Shown one piece after another: positions 20,192 to 30,964 of a stretch of 45,931 nucleotides of DNA (positions within the stretch are counted from its first letter, which is position 1; each line of letters starts with the position of its first letter). The notes beneath the pieces were generated by a model. That model ran no database searches, was not told the origin of the DNA, and saw nothing but the letters and a program-made list of their open reading frames with translations. This DNA is from Mitosporidium daphniae (taxonomy: Eukaryota): assembly GCF_000760515.2 (NCBI RefSeq), contig NW_013546534.1:1-45931 (forward strand), given 5' to 3'. The position numbers and the translations under genes are program-made.

Positions 20192-23100
20192 ATGAAGGCA
20201 TCCCGCCAAAATCAGGCATCAAACCCTGGCTTTGAGATGCATGCTTGCACAAGTGCCGAAAGCTCTTCTGGACAAGCGCAGCCGGCCTTCAACCATTTCC
20301 CGGTTATTCAGTCGATGACGCTTGTCAATTTCATGTGCCACGAACACTTGAAGGTGGAGTTTGGACCGCACATTAACTTCATCGTCGGCCAAAACGGTTC
20401 CGGTAAAAGTGCAATTCTGGCAGCATTAATGGTATCTCTTGGATCCACGGCAAGCAAGACACAGAGGGGCCACAAAATCTCCTCTTTGATAAAGGAAGGC
20501 TCGAATTTCTTTTCCGTAGCGGTAACCCTCTTTAACGGAGGTTCTGAACGCTTTCAATGGGAAAAATTTGGAGATTCCATTACCGTTGAAAGGAAGGTAA
20601 CTCTGGATGGAAGTTCAACCTATCGATTGAGAAATAGCACTGGATCTTCTGTTGGCGGCGACAAACCCCGCGAAGTTATTAGGGAAATTATCTCGTTTTA
20701 CCGGCTTCAGATTGAAAACCCCCTGATTTTGCTTACGCAGGATATTGCCAAGCGATATCTTGCTACCTCCTCTGCAACTGAAAGATATCGTCTTGTGATG
20801 CAGGGGTCTCAGCTACAGCGGCTCTCTGAAGATTATGAACAGGCCGGAAATCTTGTGTCGCTGATGCGAAATCGGCTTTCCATTGCCTCGGACCGCATTG
20901 TCGATCAAACAACAAAAGTCGGGAAAATCCAATCGCAATTGGATGCAATTAAAGAAGCAAGGGAAATGCTGGCAAACCTCGAGGCTGCTCGTAGGGAATT
21001 CGTCTGGGCCCAAGTGTTTTCTTTGCAAGAATCGGCTCTCGAAGCTTGCGTGCAAGTTGACAATCTCAAAGTCAAGCTGCAAAACATAAATCAAGAAATT
21101 CAATCTCACACGGACTCGCTCGTAGATATGGTTTCTAAAGAAGAAGCCTCGAAGGCATCCACCGAGGAGATCCGGTCTACTGTGCTCCCGCCCTTGCGCC
21201 TAAAGGTAGCCCAAATAGAGTCTCAAGTTTTGATGATTTCCTCTCAGATTTCCAATTGCGAAACTGATGAGCGCGTTCTTTCTCAGGGTCGAATGCAACT
21301 TTTGGAATCAATTGACAAGGCGAATGCACATGTAGACCGTGAAGCCAATAATCCACATGCTACGATGGCCCCAGAAACAGGCGATCAAGTTGCCGATGCC
21401 CTACGGGAGCTTTCGACCTCGCTCGTTGAAAAGGAATCAAAGCTTCGTGAAATCGATTGCCAAAAGGCAAAGGCCGAAGAACAAGTTTCTTCAACAGAAT
21501 CTCAACTAGACGAAATCAAGGCCAACGAGGCTTGCCTTTGCTGCTCTCTGAAGCTAACAAGAGAGCAGTTGGAGGCCCTTGAAGCAAGAATTCCAGCTGC
21601 AAAGCTGGCCATTACCTCTGCCGAGCTTTCCATGGCCTCAAATGCACCCGCCATTGAAGGTCAACGATTGACGAGCTATGCAGAAATAGGCCTGATTTAT
21701 GGGCCCCAAATGCTTAAGCTTGTGCAACATCTGGACGCACTTCCGGAATCCAAGCCGGTCGGGCCTATTGGCCGCTTTGTGCATCTTAAAGAGGCATCCA
21801 TTTGGGCTACAGCCATGGATGCGCTTATTGGGCGGCATATGTCTTCCTTTGTGGTTTCTTCATATCCAGAAAGGGAAATTCTAAACAAGCTTCTGTCTCG
21901 CTTTGAGGTCCAAAATTCGCAAGTAATCCTGCTTCCGGAGACTCCTGAAACGTTTATGCAGTTTCCCGAAACGTCTGAAATATTAACCGCAAGAAAGGCT
22001 CTTGAAATTTCTTCTCCCATTGTCGAGAAAGCTCTTTGTACGCTTTCAAATATCCATCGAGTTCTTCTTTGCAAAGAGCGAACCGAGGCTGTGAAAATCC
22101 TGTCCTCAACGACGTCCCATAGGCTCTTTGATTATGCCTTTTTAGCAACAGGCCAAAAGATAAGCTTATCTGGCGCAGCACAGACGTTCTTTTCTTTCGG
22201 GTCCAAAGATAGGCCATCAAGATGGTTCGGCACTTGCGGTCTATCGGAGTCGCACAGCACTGGATCGGTTGCCATTGCGAACGCTAAAGTTGATTTGGAG
22301 GCCATGCATAGGTCCATTTCAGCAAAACGCTCCTTAATGTCAAGCCTTTCTCAGCAACTAGCGCAGAAAGAACAGATCGGGAATGAGCTTTCCACGGAGC
22401 TTTCAGGCCTCAACAGCCGTGTCAAAGAGATTTCGTTCCAGCGGAGCTCTTTGGTTGCCGAAATCAGACAGATGGCCCGGGAAAAGGCCAGTCTAGAGGA
22501 AGAGCTTTCCATTCTAAAGAGGGCCAACGATCCGGCGGCCATTTCGGCCTCTCAACAAGACGTGCAAAGTGCTAAAGATGCTGCGTTGAGACGTGTTGCC
22601 ATCATTGATGCACAGCTGAACGATCTTTCCTGCAAAAGGTCGCAGCTCCAGGAGCGACACTTAATGCTTACTCAGCAGTTGTCAGAGTCACAATGCTCAA
22701 TTAAAAGTTCCGAGGCGGCTCTTCGAATCGAAACAGACAATATGTCGTCCTTGGTGGCGGGGATCAGGGATGTGAAGGCCAGCCTTGAAGGGAAGCGGAT
22801 TCAGCTGGTGCATTTAGAAGGCCAGCTTCCTGTTTTGCATAAAAGCTTTCACTCTCTCACTGAGGAGCATACTGATGCTTATGGTAAAGCAATTGAGCAT
22901 TGGCCGCCAGCTCCGCTTGCCTCTGAGGTCAGGCCGCTGGACGATATTCAGAGGCATCTTCGTAGCTTGGAGCAGCAGCTTGAGGCTCAGCGAAAAGCAC
23001 ATTCTTCGCATGCAGCCAACCTTCAAGAGGATTCCGACCGTCTGCTTATGGAGCTTCGAATGGCCTCTCTTTCGCTCGGATGTTGGACTCAAGATGCGTC

Positions 23101-23716
23101 TTCTTTTGGCGAGCTGATTCAAGCTTTAGATAAATCGCTGAACGACCGACATTCGCGCTGGCTTGCATTCAGAGACATAATCTTCAAGCGAGCTGATCTT
23201 CACTTTCGGATGTTTGTTAGTGCTCGCGGCTTTTATGGACGCCTTCTTTTCGATCACGAGGCTGAAAAATTGGACATTTGCATTGTCAGGCCGTCTGACA
23301 TGTCTCAGCAAGCCCATCCACCTGCCACGACATCTTCCAGCGTGCCAAAAAGAGCATCGAATCGGACACAAGTTGCAGCGGATGTTCAAAATAAGCCACA
23401 GTTATCTCCCTCTGCCTCATCGACCGACTTGAAGGGGCTGTCTGGTGGCGAAAAAAGCCTTGTCACTTCGTGCCTTTTATTGGCTCTATGGGAGTGTGTT
23501 GAGAGCCCATTGCGATGTTTGGATGAATTCGATGTATTTATGGATGGCGTCAATAGAAAGACCATTTTAAAGATGCTCATTGAGTATGCCACCTCTACCA
23601 ATTCTATTCACTGCTCAAACCAATATATTTTCATCACGCCCCAGGCCCTGGACCTTCCAAGGCACTCAACAGATGTCAAGATCATTCGTCTGAGGGATCC
23701 ACAGAGAAGCGCGTGA
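20192..23716 (+). CDS. SMC6: Structural maintenance of chromosomes protein 6
   Basis: NFMCH, Walker A GQNGSGKSA, coiled coils and hinge, LSGGEKS signature, CLDEFDVFMDGVNR, QYIFITPQ. Confidence 0.95.
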   Translation: MKASRQNQASNPGFEMHACTSAESSSGQAQPAFNHFPVIQSMTLVNFMCHEHLKVEFGPHINFIVGQNGSGKSAILAALMVSLGSTASKTQRGHKISSLIKEGSNFFSVAVTLFNGGSERFQWEKFGDSITVERKVTLDGSSTYRLRNSTGSSVGGDKPREVIREIISFYRLQIENPLILLTQDIAKRYLATSSATERYRLVMQGSQLQRLSEDYEQAGNLVSLMRNRLSIASDRIVDQTTKVGKIQSQLDAIKEAREMLANLEAARREFVWAQVFSLQESALEACVQVDNLKVKLQNINQEIQSHTDSLVDMVSKEEASKASTEEIRSTVLPPLRLKVAQIESQVLMISSQISNCETDERVLSQGRMQLLESIDKANAHVDREANNPHATMAPETGDQVADALRELSTSLVEKESKLREIDCQKAKAEEQVSSTESQLDEIKANEACLCCSLKLTREQLEALEARIPAAKLAITSAELSMASNAPAIEGQRLTSYAEIGLIYGPQMLKLVQHLDALPESKPVGPIGRFVHLKEASIWATAMDALIGRHMSSFVVSSYPEREILNKLLSRFEVQNSQVILLPETPETFMQFPETSEILTARKALEISSPIVEKALCTLSNIHRVLLCKERTEAVKILSSTTSHRLFDYAFLATGQKISLSGAAQTFFSFGSKDRPSRWFGTCGLSESHSTGSVAIANAKVDLEAMHRSISAKRSLMSSLSQQLAQKEQIGNELSTELSGLNSRVKEISFQRSSLVAEIRQMAREKASLEEELSILKRANDPAAISASQQDVQSAKDAALRRVAIIDAQLNDLSCKRSQLQERHLMLTQQLSESQCSIKSSEAALRIETDNMSSLVAGIRDVKASLEGKRIQLVHLEGQLPVLHKSFHSLTEEHTDAYGKAIEHWPPAPLASEVRPLDDIQRHLRSLEQQLEAQRKAHSSHAANLQEDSDRLLMELRMASLSLGCWTQDASSFGELIQALDKSLNDRHSRWLAFRDIIFKRADLHFRMFVSARGFYGRLLFDHEAEKLDICIVRPSDMSQQAHPPATTSSSVPKRASNRTQVAADVQNKPQLSPSASSTDLKGLSGGEKSLVTSCLLLALWECVESPLRCLDEFDVFMDGVNRKTILKMLIEYATSTNSIHCSNQYIFITPQALDLPRHSTDVKIIRLRDPQRSA

Positions 23717-23886
23717 TTTTTTCAGCGTTTCCATCATGTATGGGTTTGCAATCATTTCCGAAGCAGTGGGCTCGATGCCCATTGCTGTTCCGGTTGCGCC
23801 CTTCCCACATTGCCATCGGGCTTTCCCCCTAACCCTAATTTTTTCACAAGTTTATAAAGCATATGAAATTGATCAATTTTAGTGTC

Positions 23887-25531
23887 ATGCGCTTGACTGG
23901 TAGTATTTCCACCATTTACCGCCGTTTCAGCTCGTCAGCATCGGCCATAAAAAAGGTTTTAAATGACCTGAATTTGCTTCCATATGGCTCTGGCTGCAAC
24001 CCGGGTCTCTTTGGCAACGGCGCCATCAGCGTGGCCTCCGGCGCCACTGTTGAATCTATCAATCCATGCGACTTGTCGCCAATTGGTACGTTCAAATGCG
24101 TAACTTTTTTATTTTTGATTCAAAATTATCTTTTAGGCTACCAAAGAAGATACCTTAGCAGCCATTGAAGGCGCTTTCCAGGCCAAAGATAAATGGGCAA
24201 GTGTCCCGGCGCCAGAGCGAGGCCAATTTCTGGCTGCCGCAAGGACAGAAATCTCTCGCCAAAAACAGGCATTGGGAGCTCTTGTGTCGGCAGAAGTTGG
24301 AAAGACATACCAGGAAGGCTTGGGCGAGATCCAAGAGATCATTGACATTTGCGACTACGCTATTGGCCTCTCACGCATGCTTCCGGGGAGCATATTTCCA
24401 TCTGAGCGACGAGGTCATGTTCTGTTAGAATCGTGGCGGCCTGCCGGATTGACCGGGGTTATTACTGCGTTTAATTTCCCAGCGGCCGTGTTTGGGTGGA
24501 ACGCCGCTCTGGCTTGGGTATGTGGAAACCCTGTGATCTGGAAGCCGGCCCTATCGACTTCGCTGACAGCAATTGCGCTGACTCGCCTGATTCAGGAAGT
24601 GCTCAAGAAAAACGAACTCCCCCCTGAAATATGTTCCCTGGTCGTTGGCAGTGGAATGGAAGTCGGATCTACCTTGGTCTCTTCCGATAAAGTTCCGTTG
24701 ATTTCATTCACTGGGTCAACTGGCGTAGGCCGATCCATCGGGTCTACAGTGGCCTCTCGATTTGGGCGTTCTATTTTGGAACTCGGCGGCAATAACGCTA
24801 TCATCGTGATGCCAGATGCCGATCTTGATTTGGCTTTGCGGTCGGTTCTTTTTGCCGCCGTCGGAACCACGGGACAAAGATGCACCAGTGCGCGAAGGCT
24901 TCTCATTCATTCGTCCATTTATGAAGAGTTTACAGCCCGGCTGGTGCAAGCTTACAAGAGCGTCAACATTGGAAGCCCCTTTGATCCGGATGTCCATTGT
25001 GGTCCTCTTCACACCAAAACGGCGCTTGAAAAGTATACGCAGATATTGGAAAAGGAAGTTCCCGCTCAAGGGGGCCGTGTTCTTGCTCAAGCTGGAAGTC
25101 TTCCGCAAATGAAGGGGTATTTTGCTAGGCCTGTGTTGGTTGGCGGACTGCCATCACACGCACCTTTGCTTCAGGAGGAGGCCTTTGTGCCGATCTTATA
25201 CCTTGTCCCGTTCGAGTCATTTGAAGAGGCCGTGGATATCAACAATGCGGTTCCGCAAGCACTTTCCAGCTCGATTTTTACAAAAAACTTGGAACATGTT
25301 ATGAAGTGGACATGTGACGCCTCCACCAAAGCAAGCTCAGAGTGCGGCATCGTCAATGTCAATGTGCCCACAAACGGAGCAGAAATTGGCGGCGCTTTTG
25401 GAGGAAACAAGGCGACCGGCTGGGGAAGAGAGTCTGGAAGCACCTCCTGGCAGCAGTACATGACTCGACACACTTGCACCATCAACTATTCCAGGGACCT
25501 GCCCCTTGCGCAGGGCATCAAGTTCGGATAG
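23887..25531 (+). CDS. ALDH7A1: Aldehyde dehydrogenase family 7 (antiquitin); intron 24100-24136 (37 nt); start 23887 or 23863
   Basis: ITAFNFPAAVFGWN, LELGGNNA, GTTGQRCT, VNVPTNGAEIGGAFGG..TGWGRESGS, C-terminal LPLAQGIKF. MRLTGSISTIYRRFSSS looks like a mitochondrial presequence. Confidence 0.95.
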
Positions 25532-25694
25532 TATCGGCCAGCTTAACCCTAACGCCAACTAAACTTGTCTAATTTGGACTTTGGCCGCCAATGCCATCGT
25601 TTTGTCAAGCGGACAAAATTTAAATTTTACCGTCCCACAAGTGTAAATTTTCACAAAGCTGTATAAGAAAAAGGACTTTTTCTCAAAGTCACCC

Positions 25695-25806
25695 GGCATG
25701 GCGTCAATACAGAACGAATAAATCTTTCGCCTTTTACTAAAGATTTCCGTGTATTGTCGCACTATATTGCCATTGCCAATTTTTTCCACCCTATACAGTA
25801 GGGTTC
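25695..25806 (+). ncRNA. U5: U5 spliceosomal snRNA
   Basis: ATAAATCTTTCGCCTTTTACTAAAGATTTCCGTG contains invariant loop I GCCUUUUAC (25729-25737) in its closing stem. Outer stem GGCATGGCG/TGCCATTGCC, Sm-site-like AATTTTTT, 3' hairpin ACCCTA...TAGGGT, TATA-like box at 25662. Confidence 0.95.
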
Positions 25807-25849
25807 TCATACAACAATCGACTATAAAAGTTTGCGTTTAAGGAATTTT

Positions 25850-26020
25850 GTACATCGTCGTGTCGCAATGTGATGGTGGGGCCGTTAATCTGCCGGCCAG
25901 CCCTCTGATGTCCGGCGCTGTTAGTTTGTGCACTTTGTTGAGGCGCCGCCGGTCTGTTGGAATTACTTTTATTTGGTTAACCGATGCGTGTGTGGTGTAT
26001 GTTCCAATGCGGTCCTTTTG
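25850..26020 (+). ncRNA. Candidate structured ncRNA immediately downstream of U5
   Basis: TATAAAAG at 25823. G/U-rich stems: 25880-25884/25894-25898, 25912-25917/25947-25952, 25955-25962/26002-26009. Lies beyond the RVB2 poly(A) signals. Confidence 0.38.
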
Positions 26021-26068
26021 CTGCTGTTTATTAATTAAATGCTGTTTATTTGAGTATGGGCACACGAA

Positions 26069-27703
<1,635 letters not shown>

Positions 27704-27966
27704 ATGGAATTGCAAAAATTTATTTTCAAATCAAATTATAAATTACGTGCCAAATTTAATTCTTATTCCAGTAGCCCCTTTTGCTCCCATTGGCCACATG
27801 AACGGTGGCGAAATGGACCAATGGTTCTGAAGAATATCTGAAATCCAGAGCGTTTTCGTGGGAATCTGAGCTTGCCTTTTTTCTTTTCCTTCGAGCCATT
27901 TATCAATTAATTTATTGATAAATATACCCATTGCTCATAAATAGGACCGAGCAGGATATAGGATAG

Positions 27967-29955
27967 ATGACAATCTCTCCCACAGCGAAAGAAAAGAAAC
28001 GAAGCACCACAGTTCCTAAACACACTAGGTCTTTGGTGAAGGAAAATACGAAAAGGGACTTCAAGGGCCCATCAATCGAAAAAGACCCCATCCCACCACT
28101 TCGGAAAGACTCATCATTTGCAAAAAATGGCTCTGCAAAAAAAGGGCCCGGTTCATCCGCCCCAGAGTTGCCATTCGGCTGCAATACAAGAGACACACCT
28201 ACTAAAAACGATGCACAGCAGGCGTCTGAGGCCATTCTAGTGCAAAAACTGATGTCGTTGCTCCGGAGCGACATTGGATCTGGCACCAGCGCCGCTTCCT
28301 CCATTGCATCGATGACTTCTGAATCGACAGAGGGGAGCCTGATAAGCCCTTCTTCTTCTGTCGGATCTAGGAGAAAAAACTGGTGGAGCCAGTCCCAGTC
28401 GTTGCCAGGATCTTCCAACTCGATGACAACGCTGATACCCTGCCCCCGTTCCGCGGGGGCCTCGCTCTGCTCATCCGGGTCAAGTTCACCAGAACAGCTA
28501 ATGAACCCGCTACTTGGACAGCTACCACTTTTCGGCTCTAGTGAGATGGTTCCACAGACCCCTGGAACAACAGTGCCGCTCTCGTTCGACGAAGCACTCA
28601 AAGCTATCCGTGAAAAGATGGCAACAGCCAGAAAAAAAAAGGGAGGAATCGATCCGCATGCACAGCTGGCCATCGTCAAGGGTATCATTCACTTGGCAGC
28701 GATGGCTGCAGAATGTACTGGCGCCCTTGTAGCAATGCCCATTGATGATGATGAAGATCATGACCAAAATTCTGATGTCCAAGAACCGTGTGGCGCCCAG
28801 GTTGACACCCAACCTAACGTTCGAAATAGCGCCATCAACTTTGGAAACTCGGAGGGCGAAGGGCGCCCTGTATCGACGCCTCCAGGTAGTGACTTGTTGC
28901 GAATAGACCTGACAGCTTCTGCTGAGGTACTCAGGGCTGAAGGCATGCACATGCTCAAACGGCTGGCATCAAGTGGAAATGGCAGGCATCCGCTTCCAGA
29001 GGCCCAATGCTTCTTGGCGCAGCTGCTAAGAGGCCATGGCGACCAGCGCCTGTGCATCAAGACAAACATGGACCGTGCCTTTTCTCTTTCGCTGCAGGCA
29101 TCTAAACATGGGCTTTCTGAAGCCATCTTTTGGACTGCACTCTCTTACGAGCGGGGCATGGGTGTTCGGAAAGACGCCGCCCGTGCAGTCACCTTTTATC
29201 GCAAGGCAGCCACACTTGGCCATGGGCGGGCCATGCACCGCCTCGCCATTATTTTACAGCATGGACAGCTTGGAATGGCTCAGGCGCCAAAGGAAGCCTT
29301 CACGTGGCTCAAGAGGGCAGCCTCAATAGGATCTATTCCGGGAGCCATCCACGACCTGGCGCTAATGTTTGAGCACGGAAATGGCAACAGCATCGCTATC
29401 CCCGACGATTCCTATGCTCTCGAGCTATTTAAAAAGGCCTCTGCAATGCGATATGCGCCCTCAATGGTAAAGCTGGGAACATGTTTTGAATACGGACGCC
29501 TTGGATGTCCGCTTGATCCTAGGAAGTCTATTGAATGGTATCGCAAAGCGGCCGAGCTGGGAGATCCCGCTGCTGAACTGGCGCTCTCAGGCTGGTACCT
29601 TACAGGCGCTAAAGAAGCCAGTGGCAGTGACGTCGAGGGAGATGGGGTGATCCTGCCGCAGTCGGACAAAGACGCCTATGCTTGGGCAAAACGTGCTGCT
29701 GAGCGTCGGGATCCCAGGGCCGAATATGCCCTCGGTCGGTACTGTGAGCTGGGCGTTGGTCTTGATGCACCAGCTCTACAAGAGGCGCTACATTGGTACA
29801 GTCGAGCGGCGCTGCAGGGCCACCGTAAGGCGAAAAGACGGAGAGCCGAGCTCAAAAAGAGCATCCGGTTCTCCTCCTCCGAGACTTTTTCTACGTCTTC
29901 AAGCTCTATCCGTTTTGTCAAATCGTTGCTATCTGGCGGGCGTTGGGGTTCGTGA
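27967..29955 (+). CDS. Sel1-repeat chitin synthase activator (Chs4/Skt5 family)
   Basis: Multiple SEL1 repeats: KLGTCFEYGRLGCPLDPRKSIEWY, AELALSGWYLTG...ILPQSDKDAYAWAKRAA. Disordered N-terminus. Confidence 0.88.
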   Translation: MTISPTAKEKKRSTTVPKHTRSLVKENTKRDFKGPSIEKDPIPPLRKDSSFAKNGSAKKGPGSSAPELPFGCNTRDTPTKNDAQQASEAILVQKLMSLLRSDIGSGTSAASSIASMTSESTEGSLISPSSSVGSRRKNWWSQSQSLPGSSNSMTTLIPCPRSAGASLCSSGSSSPEQLMNPLLGQLPLFGSSEMVPQTPGTTVPLSFDEALKAIREKMATARKKKGGIDPHAQLAIVKGIIHLAAMAAECTGALVAMPIDDDEDHDQNSDVQEPCGAQVDTQPNVRNSAINFGNSEGEGRPVSTPPGSDLLRIDLTASAEVLRAEGMHMLKRLASSGNGRHPLPEAQCFLAQLLRGHGDQRLCIKTNMDRAFSLSLQASKHGLSEAIFWTALSYERGMGVRKDAARAVTFYRKAATLGHGRAMHRLAIILQHGQLGMAQAPKEAFTWLKRAASIGSIPGAIHDLALMFEHGNGNSIAIPDDSYALELFKKASAMRYAPSMVKLGTCFEYGRLGCPLDPRKSIEWYRKAAELGDPAAELALSGWYLTGAKEASGSDVEGDGVILPQSDKDAYAWAKRAAERRDPRAEYALGRYCELGVGLDAPALQEALHWYSRAALQGHRKAKRRRAELKKSIRFSSSETFSTSSSSIRFVKSLLSGGRWGS

Positions 29956-30028
29956 CATGTGTTTTATTAATCAAATTAAATAAGAAAATTTATAACCAAA
30001 TCCGGATCCGGATCCTGGCCGTAACTTT

Positions 30029-30071
30029 AATTAAAACGCGGCAGCAACTTCAATTAAAACGCGGCAGCAAT
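30029..30071. repeat. Direct repeat AATTAAAACGCGGCAGCAA x2
   Basis: Two 19-bp copies 24 bp apart, intergenic, preceded by ATCCGGATCCGGATCC. Confidence 0.85.
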
Positions 30072-30964
30072 TGGCCAGTTTTGGTAAAATTACGACAAAG
30101 CGATAAGCGGCGGATCAATGGCGGGTCTTTAAGCATGCAAGTCAAAATCCGAATTCCTATCCTCGCCATTGATCCCAATTTATTCGAAAGGTGAATTTGA
30201 GGTTATCGGCCTGCCAGAAAATTGATCGTGCTCATCCAAAGTGAACTTACCGAATCCCGAAAAAATTGGCCATATTGAATGGCGAATTTTGCAAAAAATT
30301 GCTGGAGAAAGTTTCGAGCTAGCAAATCCCTTATTTGCCTCTCTTTCCAGCACCAATGTTTTTTAATCTTCACCGCTGTGTGGTGGTGAATTCTGGATCT
30401 ATACCCAAGAAAGACATGTTGCTTATAAAAGAAATGCGGCACAATTTGTTTTTTTTCTAACCTATTCTTAAGATGCGGGGCTTCTGGGAGATGGTAAAGC
30501 AAAAAATCCTACAGGTTTTGCATTGGCTTTTTAACGCTCTAAAGCGAACTGCCCCATTTTAAGCGAAACTTTGGATCAGCATGGCCCCTTAATAGAACCA
30601 ATAACGAGGGTTCTCAACTGTCAATATCACCTTGCCTTGGGGTTTCCCCGTTACACAGTGCCAAACTAATTATCAAAAAAAACACATCGACTTACACAAG
30701 AGTTGCCGGGGATGTTGGGAGGAAAGGAAACTCCCTTAAATGGTAGCTACGAAGGCGCGAATAAGTCCCTGTTTCTTTGAAAAACTTGGCTTTAATCGAA
30801 TAAACTTATGGCCTTGCGACACATCGCTATCGATCCAAACAAAGAGCCTCGTTTGAATCAGAAAGACCCTTTGCAGGCGTGTGGATCGCGCACTGAACGA
30901 GTTTCAAGTGTATCTCGGCAAAGCCTTGGAATTGGCAATAATTTTTAACTTTTCAATTTATCCC

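Noticed and set aside
25544..25553. TAACCCTAAC as a telomerase template
   Set aside because: It lies 13 bp after the ALDH7 stop and upstream of the U5 TATA box and gene, so it is better explained as a promoter element.
27743..27931. 62-aa ORF starting MGIFINKL, resembling an Arf N-terminal helix
   Set aside because: No GTPase motifs follow, and it overlaps the AT-rich divergent promoter of RVB2 and the Chs4-like gene.
27912..28688. 258-aa antisense ORF, and similar ones such as 36284-37006 and 3252-3779
   Set aside because: Antisense shadows of well-supported genes with no independent motifs.
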